Below, piece by piece: positions 25,361 through 37,450 of a stretch of DNA of 64,000 bases (positions are counted from its first letter, which is position 1; each line of letters starts with the position of its first letter). The notes below the pieces were generated by a model, which did not search any database, had not been told where the DNA came from, and was given only the letters and a program-made list of their open reading frames with translations. Source of the DNA: Podarcis liolepis (Eukaryota); assembly GCA_965112155.1 (NCBI GenBank), contig OZ218098.1. One strand, written 5' to 3'. The position numbers and the translations under genes were made by a program.

Positions 25361-26789
25361 CCTAAACCACCAATAACCTGCCAGTCCCTTCCCAAAGAGA
25401 GTACTGAATTCTTATTTTAACCATGAACTGTGAAATCCATTTACTATACTTATTACTGAGCCAGTCTTGAGCGTGCAGCCTTGCCACACATAGCCATAAA
25501 TGCTCGCTTGCCGCACATATCTACTACATAAGTCATTGGTGGGCTAAAGAAACAGCTTTCGTAAAATAAAATTTTGCTCAGTGAGCTAGCAACTGGTGAA
25601 TTGTAAGTTATAACAGCTTACTTTAGTTCCCATTTTCTTGGAACTGGTGGTCAAACAGGCGGAGAAATATGGTACAAATTGAAAACCTTTTAAGATTAAA
25701 ATTCCTAAATGTACGCTGAGATATTTTATTCAGCTTGTTAACCCTCCTCAGGGTCTATAATTGAGGGCAGTTCCTGTGTTGCTGGTGGATGGGGGTGGGG
25801 TGGAAGAAACTAACTGATTCCTACTGCTTTATCTAATAAACGTCTGCATCATCAGTGTTAGTCCCACCCAAACATTCCTATGCATTAACTAGGCCTGTGG
25901 GCATCATCATCGTCAATAGATCTGTGCGGAGACCAGCACATCTGTTAAAACATGGATTGTGGTGGGGAAAGCTTACATGGGTGTAATTACATGTGTGTAA
26001 ATGAGCCTTTTTAATGATCCATTTGCTCCCTGATGGGGTTAGTAGCCTTTATATATATGAGGGAATAGCACTTTTTCCATTTTACAGCTACTCAGTATTT
26101 TAAAGAGCCAGAGCAAACCCAATTTCAGATACATATATAATGGGCAAAATGAAACTGTGTTACAGCGAAGTGAAGCTGAATTGAAGCATGAACAGATCCC
26201 AGAAGCACAACATAGGGTGTCCTCCACTGCAATTAAAAGAGAGAGGGAGAGAGAGAGAGAGAGGCAGACCAAGGAAGCAGACATTGGAAGTGCTATTGAT
26301 GTATCACTGATGTGGTCCGAGAAGCACTTGGGATGATAATGTTGCTCTCTTTGCTCTCCCATCCGACACAGAACTTATTTTTATTTTTATCACTGAAGGC
26401 CCTTGCAATATGTGTGTCGGGTAAGGTATGTGTATAAGAATGAAATTTATAATTTATTAGAAGGCAGTAGAACGTGTGCTATCATTTTTCCCGTAGGCAA
26501 AGCCAGTTTTTGTGTAAGGTAATTCCACTGACAAGATGAAGGATCCATTCTGAGCCAGCAGACTGCAAGCAAGAGGCCAATTATACCTGTAACAGGGTAG
26601 CCATAGCCAACGACTTGTCACACTCCAGTGGACGGCACTACTAATGTACAGTTCCCAGGATTAAAAGTTGGCCGTCTAGTGTGCACCCAAGTGCATCTCA
26701 AAGCAATAAGCTTTAGTGATGTAGAGATGTATCTTAATCACAGTGCCTACTCTAGTATCAGTTACTGGTTTCTAAATCTTAAATCCGGA

Positions 26790-27010
26790 ATGGTGTAGTG
26801 TTTAATAGAATGAGCTGTGGACCAGCAAATCCCTGCTTCAAATTTCACGGCAGTCTTGAACTCATTGAGTGCCCTCCAGCACACTTATGTTTCAGCCTTA
26901 TCCCTACTTGCAATAACTAGATGATAATATTGGCCTGCCTTATTGGGGTGTTGGGAGAGATTGCTGAGGTAATGTTGGTAAAAAGTGCATTGTATGGCTG
27001 AGGAAAAATG
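26790..27010 (+). mobile_element. Ancient MIR-like SINE
   Basis: tggtgtagtg...ccctgcttcaaat...tcagcctta...gataatattggcctgccttattggggtgttgggagagatt...aaagtgcattg. Confidence 0.55.
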
Positions 27011-27366
27011 CTCTATGAATTACCTGTCAATAATGTAAGCAAAATGAGTACTGCATTTTAATCATCTCTGCCTAAATTTGCAATATAACTTGCAATTTCT
27101 TGTAATAACTGCTTGTTGTTTTTTTAAGCATATGTATTGTAACCCTTACCACTAAACAGAAGTTTAATGCAGCATTGAAATGCTAATCTAAAATCTGCAA
27201 AGCAGAAGACAAATGAGATTAAGGCATAAACTATCAACATGTTTTACATGAGCAAATGGATCTTTGATAACTTAGTTGTAGGCAGCTCTCTGATTTTTTT
27301 CTGGAACATGTAGTGGATCAATTTTCTTTGTAAAGAAAAATGTTCTGTTAAACTTTTTTCTGGCAG

Positions 27367-27437
27367 GGTGTGGGCACTGTAAGAAAATGAAGCCGGAATA
27401 TGAGAACGCCGCTGAGATGCTCCACGCAGACAGTGAT
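27367..27437 (+). CDS. PDIA5: PDIA5 coding exon, 71 nt, WCGHC active site
   Basis: Acceptor ttttttctggcAG and donor GTaagc. Translates (W)CGHCKKMKPEYENAAEMLHADSD. Confidence 0.95.
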
Positions 27438-28643
27438 GTAAGCTAATTCCCTCTTCTTAGCCTGTTTCCAAATTATCCTTAATAAATAAATGAAATCATA
27501 AAAATTGTTCTCCTTTCTTGCTGCAAGAATTTCAGCTGTTCTCATCTTCCCAAGGGGCTGCAAAAGCGATGGTTCCAAAGTAGAAGCTCATCGGTAATGC
27601 ATGAGCTCTGCCAGAATTGTTAGCAAGAACATTCTGTCTTTAAACACAAACAAAACATTCACAGGGTGTTTATATATTCAGCTGTAGAGCCTTGCATTGT
27701 ATATAACATGATTGAGCCCAAATGCTGCACAGAAATGTTTTGTCCCCACTATTAATTACAGGTTTCATGTATAACACAAACCTATGAAAGCATTGGCTTA
27801 CATTTAACGCTGTGCACTTGTAAACTAATAAGGGTGTTCTCCCCTTCTGTTTAAGCAGGTGTTACTGACTTTGACTTGATTTTCTGCCTACCTATTGTGC
27901 ATTCCAGTATTGCAGAGAAGAGTTAGGCACGACTGCTATCATTAGTATAATTAAAACCATGCACTAATAGGTCATGCAACAAGAGCTGGCCTCACTGCAT
28001 AATTTGAGCACTTGTTAACTGTGTTCTGGGAGTATCTTTATATTTGGGGGAGGGGGAGGGGTTCTTACCTGCTGTTTAATAGCTGAAGGACTTTAGACAT
28101 AAAGGTGGGTAGAATTTTGCAAACCCAGGAAAAACCATCATGGAGTCTTGCGCTACAAATGGGAAGTCTTGCTGGGTAAATGCTCTTCATTCAAGGCCCA
28201 GGGCCATGCTAGGTCATCCCATCATTACACATGTGCAGCAAGTGTTGATTTTTTAAAAAAAATGTTTTATCCTTTTATGATTCTTTTTTAAACAATCAAG
28301 CGGTGTATAAATTTTTTGAAATAAATGTATGTTGGCCAGTTAATAGTTTCACAGCTTTTATTCTCCCTTTCTGCAACATCTAGCAATAATGCTTTAGTAG
28401 ATTGGATGGAAATTTTCCTATAAGGATTTACCCTTAAAATGGAAAAGCATTATTTGTCTTAACAAAACTGATTAAACCGTTCTGCTGTTTGTGGTGATAG
28501 AAAGGTTCAAGTACACCTTTCTATGTATGCTTTGCACTTCCTTTGTAAAACCCATTCTGGGCTCTGAATGACTGGCTTATGAATTCTTCCTAAGCTTCAC
28601 AACCAGTGATTTGTAGTTACAGGTATTACTTTTTATATTGCAG

Positions 28644-28807
28644 AGACCAGGTGTCCTGGCAGCAGTAGATGCTACTGTCAACAAAGCTGTAGCAGAAAGG
28701 TTTCATATATCAGGATTTCCAACACTCAAGTACTTCCAGGATGGAGAAGAGAAATATACTTTGCCACACCTCCGAACAAAGAGTAAAATTGTTGAATGGC
28801 TCCAAAA
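28644..28807 (+). CDS. PDIA5: PDIA5 coding exon, 164 nt (C-terminal half of thioredoxin domain, GFPT cis-Pro motif)
   Basis: Acceptor tttatattgcAG and donor GTaagt. Translates RPGVLAAVDATVNKAVAERFHISGFPTLKYFQDGEEKYTLPHLRTKSKIVEWLQ(N). Confidence 0.95.
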
Positions 28808-29900
28808 GTAAGTGGTAGGCACCAAAGATTTATCAAGATTAACAACTAGCCACAGATTTTTACTTTTTAAAGATGTTTAAAAAGAAGTTTTTAGCAGCTC
28901 CATCTCTTTCCATTTAAGTCTTTTATTTAAAACACCCCAATGCAAACTGTGGTGTCCCACAGAAAGCTAAACAAACATGGGGTATGTTTAGCCAGGAGGT
29001 AGTTTTGTCAGTATTTTCAAAACTAAATGGGCTTGTGCTTTCAGGTAGCTTGAGAACAGCAAACACAAAAGTGAATGGTGTATGGGAGGGAGAAGGAAGG
29101 TTGCTGCCACAGTGGAAATGTATTAGCTATTCTGTCCTTTTTTGCAAATCTTTCAATATATTTTATAAGCATATCAAGGATATGATGGGACAGAGCAGAG
29201 ACACCCTCCTTGCTACTTTGACTTGGAAGATATGGCCAACTTCCCTCAGATCTGGGGTTGTTTCAAAAAACCCTGGTTGTGTTTTTGTTTAAACATAGTG
29301 TTTTACAAATAATAGTTTCCTGCAGTTTGCACAAAACATAGATTGCCTCCAAAACTGAAACTTAGCAGCTGTGAGGAACAGGAACCCTACATCACATTCC
29401 TAATCCTCCAGACTATGGTTTGGAACACGGGTGGGGAATTTCCAGACCCTGTGCCAAACTTGGCCCACCAGGGGTTCAGATGTGGCCCACAAGGTCATTT
29501 GCCCCCAAACCACCTGACTCACACCTCATGTCACATGTGGTGAAAGATGCGGGGGGGGGGGGAGAGCGTAGAAACAGAGCTGTCAATGCACAGTCAAGAG
29601 TCTTTAAAGCTGTTCCTGATTGTGCACTGGCAAGGGAAACAGGCTTTGTCACTGTCGCTTGCCAGCCGATGGGTGGTAAAGCCAAAGTCCTGGGCATTTT
29701 AAACCATGCAGGGTGGGCTTCTGCTTTGAAGTCCCAACTTCAAAGTGTCCAATCCCTTGATGTCATTGTGACGTCAGACAGTTGACAGCTCAGCAGCCCC
29801 ACCTATCTATCAGTTTGACCTGCAAGGCTAGGAATTGACAGGGATCTGGACCACAAAGCCAAAACAGATTCCCAAACAGCCCTGTAGCCTACCTTCCATG

Positions 29901-29902
<2 letters not shown>

Positions 29903-29944
<42 letters not shown>
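29903..29944. repeat. (GA)n microsatellite
   Basis: Read directly from the sequence. Confidence 0.95.
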
Positions 29945-29947
<3 letters not shown>

Positions 29948-31707
29948 GCTGCTACTGCTGAGTACTGTCACAAAAATAGTCCTTACATTTAGCAATAAGT
30001 ACCCAGTCCTGCTCTACTCATCACAAAAACTGCAGAATAAACAAACTCATATTGCTTACTACAGGCTAAAGTCTGTCCACTCAATACCTTCCCTGAGGGT
30101 AGATTTTTCATGATCACAATAACCCTATTATTACTTACGTAAAACTCTTCAGTGAGTTTTACTTTTTCAAATGAGGCTTGCCCTGTATCAATTTTTCAGA
30201 AGCCCCTATTATTAAACCATTCATATGCTTAAAACAAAAAAAAGTTGTCATCCTTTGTATGGAGGTTGGCATTGTCTGTCATGTCAAAAATTAGACAATT
30301 AAAAAAAACTTGGGGGCAGAGTCCTACACTGGCTACAGGGCTGCTCCCCCACCGCTGGTTTGGAAGACTGGAAACATTATATTTGAAGCAACCCAGTACC
30401 TTGCGTTTGACTGTGCAGCTACCCAAGAGAAAAAAATTTTTTTTTCTTCTTCTTTTTCACAATGGACTGTTAAGTGAATTTGTAAAGTTTGGCAGCAGCA
30501 GGTAAACACTATTACGTGTGCTTTTTGTTGTGTTTTGTACCTAGATAAATATTTGCTTTTGGGGAAAATAACATATTTTGCCCCAAACCCTAACAGGCCC
30601 ACCACTTTGATGGATGTAGAAAAATGTGTTGAGCCTAAGTTTAATGCATATTGAAAACTGTGTAATTCCAAGAGGCAGGACTTACTGGTGGTGGCATTCT
30701 TGTTGATGGTTACAGAGCTTATTCATTATGAAAGCTGCCAATTAGCCAAGGGCAAATTGCATCATTTTGAATCAAATAGTAAATTCATGAGTTGAAAACT
30801 CATGTACTACTGCATACAGGGAAAAATACAAAAGTGTCCTTTAGGGAGAGGGTGTGTGAATTCTTAATGGTTTGTAGAAAAAAAGTTTAAATTTGCCAGG
30901 TTGGCATTAAGGGTGCATAAAAAGACTCCTTTTAGTGTTTTGAAAACTACTTGGCAGTGCTGGAATTTAAACTATATAATTGGGAAACATGTGCCTTGAG
31001 GCATATACCCTCTACTTTTTGAGCATCTGAGTTTTAATTAACAGTATTTTGCACTTTTATTATCTGTGGTTCTTGAAAGATCATTATAGTAAGTTTAATT
31101 AATTTAGCTTCACTGTGGCTTTATGAAAGCGTTTCAGCTATACATACCTTAAATACTAATACGGTGAATAGTGAGAGACTCTCCAACTAGACATGGTTCC
31201 CACAGGATGTCTTATCTGTCACAGAGCTACAATTCAGTGGCTGCAAGAAACTAAGTTGCTCTTGGTGTAGTAGGAAACATGTTAAACTCCAGATATCAGG
31301 TTCTAATGGTAGCACGATGTCTGAACCCATCAAGCTGTGGTTAATCTTAACTATGCTTTATTAAATCATAATAGGTAGTTTGAAATTAATTTTTTATTGG
31401 GTTTGGATAAAACGACAAGCTGATGATGATTGAAAATGTAAGGCAAAGCTTCTGATCTTCTCCTTTGCACCCAACATGGGAAAAGGAAAGGAGAGTGCAA
31501 ATTCCAAGGCTTCTTGTCAATCATTTCAAACCTGATAAACCATGGTATATCATGATGTCTGAATCAGTTATAAGTAAATGAGACAGGTAACTTTTTTAAT
31601 AAAACGTTTAGTTTGACAAAGTTCTTCCAAAGAAGGCTTTGGCATTTTGCGTCTATTCTTACCAGTAAAAAAAAAAAAAAAAAGCTAAATCATTATTCAA
31701 TCTCCAG

Positions 31708-31838
31708 TCCACAGGCGCCGCCTCCACCTGAACCAACTTGGGAAGAAAGGCAAACAAGTGTAATCCATCTAGCAGGAGAAGACTTCAGGGAATCTCTGAA
31801 GAAAAAGAAACACGCTCTTGTGATGTTCTATGCTCCAT
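31708..31838 (+). CDS. PDIA5: PDIA5 coding exon, 131 nt (start of last thioredoxin domain)
   Basis: Acceptor tctccAG and donor GTgagt. Translates (N)PQAPPPPEPTWEERQTSVIHLAGEDFRESLKKKKHALVMFYAP(W); visible within ORF 31613..31846. Confidence 0.95.
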
Positions 31839-32631
31839 GTGAGTAGATGTTTATCTGAATCATGCCTCTAATCATGCAAATGCATAGAGTGCAGCAGAAA
31901 GAGTAATACCTTTTCAGTGCTTTTGCACCAAACTAGACATGAGTGCATTCTGAGTTTTAGATATGCTCAGAAATGCATCTCAATTCTCTGCCAATTTGAC
32001 CCTTATGATATTGATTGGGCCAGCACTGTGGAGGAGCCAACTGTGTTGGAAAGGTAGGTCCAACATCAGAACTGTCTCCCTGACATTAGAGAGGGCTCCT
32101 CGATACAACCTGTGGCCTCTGGGTTGCTCTCTTCGGCGTGTAGCCTTTGTTTGTTTGAAAGAAAAATAAGAAACTGCAGGTAACAAGCCTGTTCTGCACC
32201 AATATGAGCCACTCTGTAGCTGAGAAGAACATATTGGTGTTCTGAACATTTAGTATAATGACTTTAGCTTTTATGTAGAAATATGCTGAGCTTCAAAATT
32301 CCTAAATGAATGTTATGGCAATGCTACCAAGCAGTTGAAATTCTAACGCTGCCTTTTAGAAACAATGAAGAGCATAATCCACAATCTGGTTAAGCCCAAA
32401 TGCTTGCTTAAGCTTTGTAGTTTTAATAACTTCAGAAGGTTTTGCTGGCTGTGTTCCGTGTATGCTAGTTCCATAGTGCACTGAATTGCACAAACACGCT
32501 GATGGTCATGTATGCAAGTTCCCCCCGAAAATTATTTCTCCAGTACATTTACTCATAACACTCCTCTGTCCTTCCTTAATTCTAGCAGGACCATTTTGAG
32601 GAAAGTGTGTCATGGTCTTCAGTGTCACAGC

Positions 32632-32775
32632 TACACCACATGTCTAAAGCATATAGCTTCCCCCAAAGAATCATAGGAACTGTTGCTTAATGGTTCTGGG
32701 AATTATACTCAGTAAGGGGTAAACTACAGTTCCCAGAATTATTTGAGGGAAGACGTATGGTTTAACTGTCTGGCA
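32632..32775. mobile_element. Degenerate palindromic non-autonomous element
   Basis: cttcccccaaagaatcataggaactgt...aaactacagttcccagaattatttgagggaag forms an imperfect inverted repeat. Confidence 0.55.
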
Positions 32776-34206
32776 TGAACCTGACAATGAATTTTGACAT
32801 GAGTTGTCATATTTCAGAACTGTAAAGTGGGCTGCAGTTGGTTGGATGTGTTTCTTAAAACCTTTGAGATAAAAACTCCACTACGGATCCTAATTTAGTA
32901 ATGGAAATACCTTTAATTTGATGCTATGATGAATCCTATAACTAATGTATTTACATCTGCTGTAATATTATCATTTCCTGTGCTCATGAGGCTCTGAGAC
33001 TCTTAAGTTTTATTTCAGAAAAATGTACAAGTGCATGTGGTACCTTTGATATATAATGCACTCATATACGCACAGCCTCTTCTTAATCAAGCACTGTATG
33101 GTGTAACTACTGAATATTTCAAATCTCTGCTTGCAGTGAGATACTTATTAGGGAAATCGAACAAATACAAATCATCATGTAGTGAGACGGTTCCTTTTCT
33201 CCACTGGTAATGTGCCTTCTGTTAAATTTGATAGATTATCGTTGTTTATCTCTTTCTCAGTCACGGAGCCTCTCGGGGTTTTTATGCCTACCAATTACCA
33301 CTAACTTGCTTATTTTAGTGCAGAAGGAGAACGACTAAGATGGCCCAGCAAATAATTTTCTTTTCCTATTCAGAGCCGTATCCCAGGTCAGTGAAGCTCC
33401 TCAGCCAAGGCCACCATACTGTGTTCAATAAAGAGTTGCAAACGCCTTGCGTGATTAGGGTTTGTTTTTCGATCTGCTTGAACTCTTTGATGCTTTCTAA
33501 AGCCTTCAGTTTAATTAGGCGAATAGTTGGTGCAGGTATAATTGCAGCTGGCAAATCCCCACAAATAGTTGCTGAAATGTATAGCATCTTTATCTGAGAT
33601 CTCATGAAAGATCCCAATGGCTACTTAATAAAACTGCACCTTCCCATTCAGTCACTTTAGGAACTCCTACGATTGTCTATTATTCCCCATTTCAGACATG
33701 GGGAAACGAAATAGAAAACCTTCTGAAATAGGACGCTAAGTAGAGGAATAGATTACCCATAGCAGAAAGGGTGAAAAAGGTGAAATGGATTACAAAGTAG
33801 GATAGAGTAGGCCTCTTACTATGTGTGTCTCACAATGATAATGATAAATAATAGTCGGGTAATATAACTGGCACACTGTCAAATTTCTTCTCTGTTTCCC
33901 TTTGCAATGCCATTTCTGCATTTGGCTTTTTCATAGTACTTGGAGTTTTAACTGCTAGCTGCCCCCATGCCTAAAACCACAGGGCAATTTATCTGCATTC
34001 ATCAGAGTGCAGTCCATTTCTACCATTTCTACTACCCCTTGTGTGCTTCAACTGGCATCGGCCAGTTGGTGCTTAATCCATGTAAATTGGAAGACTTGTT
34101 GCACCTGCACAAAAGAGCCCAGGATATATATACCATCATTAGCATCTAATCCAATGCAGCATCACAAAGCATGTGTTGTGTTGTTGTTGTTTTTAGAAAA
34201 ATAATA

Positions 34207-34210
34207 TTTA

Positions 34211-34253
<43 letters not shown>
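34207..34253. repeat. (AAAT)n microsatellite
   Basis: Read directly from the sequence. Confidence 0.9.
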
Positions 34254-35253
34254 AGAGATACTGTCTCCAACAGGGGCCCAACTCTTATTAGTAAGCATGA
34301 ATCACTGCAACTCCCTTCTTAGAGAAGTTAGACTGGCTCCCTCCTTGCTGTCCTTCTGCTGACTGTGAATACTTCCTTATTCCAATAGGCCTTTTATTGT
34401 AATTATTGGTATGTTTTAAACAGATTTTATATATGTATATAGTTTTAATTCTATGTTTAATAGTATTTTGATTATTGATTTCCCCATGTTTTTAGCAGTT
34501 CTTGTTTTTATCTGTAAGCTGCCTTGAGGCGGGGAATAAATAAATAATTATTATTAATAATAATCTGAAGAGTAATACAGGTTTCGTTTTACTTTTAAAT
34601 TTTGTGGCCACCTGCATGAAAAGGATTTCAGTTAGTTACTTGACTATCTAATGAGACAAAAATTGTGTTTAAATAAATGTCAGATACCATACATAATTAT
34701 GTACCAGTCTTTATTATGTATATATAGCCTTTCCACATGCTACTTTAAACATAATTAAACCATAGTTAAAAGGTGAATGCGCAGCCTTCTGGCTCACACT
34801 GCTGAAATCATATGCACTTCACTTCTCCTCCGCTTCTCCTGCTGCTATGGTTGCAAACCTTGGTTATAACTCAGGGTATGTTGGAGAGGAACAAACCATA
34901 ACTCTGGTTTGAATGAAACACTAAGCCAGACCATAATTTAGCACCCAATGCAGCAGGAGCAGGGGATGGGCAAAGCACCTACAGTTGTAGCACTGTGCAA
35001 CAGCATATTCATTCACCTTTAAATCATGGATTTAGCTCAGTTGTGGTTTGTGACATACAAACCAAGCCATTGACTAGATGCAAAGGAGAGCATGAAAGCT
35101 TCTGCACTGTTGATAGCTCTGAGGAAGGGAGAACTCTGAAAGCGTCCACTTCTCCTTACAAGGATAAGAAAAGCTGCACCTCTTTAATTCTTCCTTTTAT
35201 TTAAGGACAGGGTAAGCAGGGAATCCTGTAAGCAGGAGTCATTAGCAGTAGTC

Positions 35254-35391
35254 CAGGAGTGGGGAGCGTATGGTTCACCATATGTTTCTGGACTGCATCT
35301 CCCATCACCCCTGATCACTGGACATGCTAGCAGGGCCTGTGGGGAGATGGACTCCAAAAACGTCTGGGGGACTGCAGGTTTCCCATTTCTG
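35254..35391. mobile_element. 138-bp hAT-like hairpin MITE, older copy of the 44157-44294 family
   Basis: caggagtggggagc...gatgtt/ctcccatca-like arms...aggtttcccatttctg; same length and layout as 44157-44294. Confidence 0.65.
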
Positions 35392-35724
35392 CTCTACTCC
35401 AATTACAATAATGGTTATATTCCCTAGATTTTTTTTTAAGCCAAAGAACAAGAGTGCTTTCTATTAGTAGAAAGAAGAAAGAAACAAGAAGAAAAAAGTT
35501 TGCCTTTCATCCAAATGCTGCATAAGGATGGCAATTGCCAATATTATTAACTTTTTGAATGGCTTCAATTTGCAGACCTCTACAGGGTGCATGGAATTGA
35601 TGTTTCTTGTAGATGATTTGCAGCACAAAGCTGATATCCACTTCGCTTTATTAATCATAAGAGAAATTTTCAGTTAACTTGAAATAATGATAGTTGGCTT
35701 ATGAAACCCCTTTAAGAGGATAAT

Positions 35725-35760
35725 TGCAGCCATGATCTATGAGCACTAGATGGAGGGCAC
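35725..35760 (+). promoter_or_regulatory. Candidate CTCF site (core plus upstream TGCAG module)
   Basis: GAGCACTAGATGGAGGGC resembles CCASYAGRKGGCRS, with TGCAG ending 13 bp upstream of the core. Motif similarity only. Confidence 0.3.
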
Positions 35761-36189
35761 CAGAACCTACCCCCTTTACTCCCCTTCTGTTGGCTGCATT
35801 TGTATTGAACCAATTAATGCTAAACAACTGCTGTGTTTGTTCCTGAGATAATGATTATCTTTCCCTGCTTTTCAGAAAGCTTTCTTTTTCCAAATTACAA
35901 AATTGGACATGTTAAGATATGAATGTTCTGCTTTTTGTTACCTTTCATAGACCCCCCTGGAGAGTGTCAGAATACTGTGATGGGGTGTTGTTAGCAGAAT
36001 AATGTGCCTCAGGTTTTTAAAATGATTGTTTCTTTATGTAATTTTCTTGCTGCTATAAAGGTACACCTTGGTACCATTGCAAAGTAGCTGTCATGTGCCT
36101 CAATACAAGTCCCATTCAGAAGCTCTTGGGGCAACTTTCCTCAACTGATAGTTTTTTTCCTATCCCAAAGTACTCTGAGGCTGCCTCAG

Positions 36190-36422
36190 CTCCTAGCAAC
36201 CAGCAGCTCCTGGCCAGCCATGAAAACAACATTCACTGGGGGAGCTTGTAGCCACGACTGCTGCAACAAACAGCTGTGCACACCTTTGGGAGGCAGAGAT
36301 GTGAGAGGGCATCAGAACAGGGAGGGAAGGAAAGAAGGACAGAGGCCAGTGTTGCCTGCGGCACCCCTGACCATCATTCAAGGCACCCCAGGGTGCCACG
36401 GCACACTGGTTGAAAACCACTG
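36190..36422. mobile_element. Partial hAT (Charlie-like) non-autonomous element
   Basis: Terminal ggcaccccagggtgccacggcacactggttgaaaaccactg is typical of hAT MITE ends; left end and TSD not resolved. Confidence 0.55.
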
Positions 36423-37450
36423 GTCTAACCAGATCAGTAGCTGTGTATGGGCCTCTGTATGGATTGCTTGGTTCACACCAAAAGCTATGTGTTTGGTCGA
36501 GCTGGAGGGACACGTGCAGTTGGAGTGCCTGCTCACCGTCTCATCCAAGGCAGAGTCAATTGTAGATGCCTCTGCCTATAGTTTGTTTCTTTGGATATTG
36601 GTGATGGGGCAGAATTTGCTTTCAGTGACAATTGGTTTGTCCTTAATAGAGCAAACACATCTGGAGAGCATGAGGTTGGTAAAAGTTGGTACACTTTTTC
36701 TTTCATTACAGATGGACCCGTGAAATGATTTCCTGCTAGTACAGTCACTATTTAATCCTTGTTCTTCTTGCTCACATGTATTAATTAGTACTTGGGGAGC
36801 TGCCCTTGAAAATACTTGTTTCAACATTACTCCTACTCCAAAAGTTATGAGTCAGTTTAATAGACTTGAACACACTAGCAAGGCTAGAAGTGTGGCTAGA
36901 AAGCAGCTGTGACACTAAAACCTAAAGATAAATTTGTCAGGTTTTGCACTCATAAAACCTTTTAGTTCTTGTACAACAGGAGTTTCGCTTTAAATATTTA
37001 ATAACCTTAAATTGTTGCATGTGATTTAATTACCTAAAAGGAGATTACCTTTAGTATGCACCTACGTCAGCTTTGAAATATATGAATGCCTCTCTTTGGC
37101 AGACAGTTTAGATTCAGCAATGGAAGGACACCATTTACCCCTGAATGATTCACTTCTCCATTAACATGTTCCTGCTGCCAGATAATTATCAGGCCACTAG
37201 ATTTTAAAAGTGTTAGGTTTCAGCATATTGATACAAATTCTGATTCATGGTTGTGAGTACAGAGCCCTAGTGACTCACCTTAAATGATATGGGGTTTGAG
37301 GCTTGCTCACAAAAGCATATTGCTTCCACGACAATACCTGCTTTTAATGTCATCACTGTGGAGCAGAATTTAGTTCCACCTAGAACCTTAGAGTTAGGGG
37401 CAGCCCAAAATGTTTCGGCACCAGAAGCAAAATGCCCCCTGCCACCCCCG

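Noticed and set aside
31613-31846. 77-aa ORF ending MFYAPCE
   Set aside because: Only 31708-31838 is exonic; the rest is intron read-through, including poly-A-derived lysines.
36220-36723. 167-aa ORF
   Set aside because: Overlaps a hAT fragment, resembles no protein I recognise and has no splice context.
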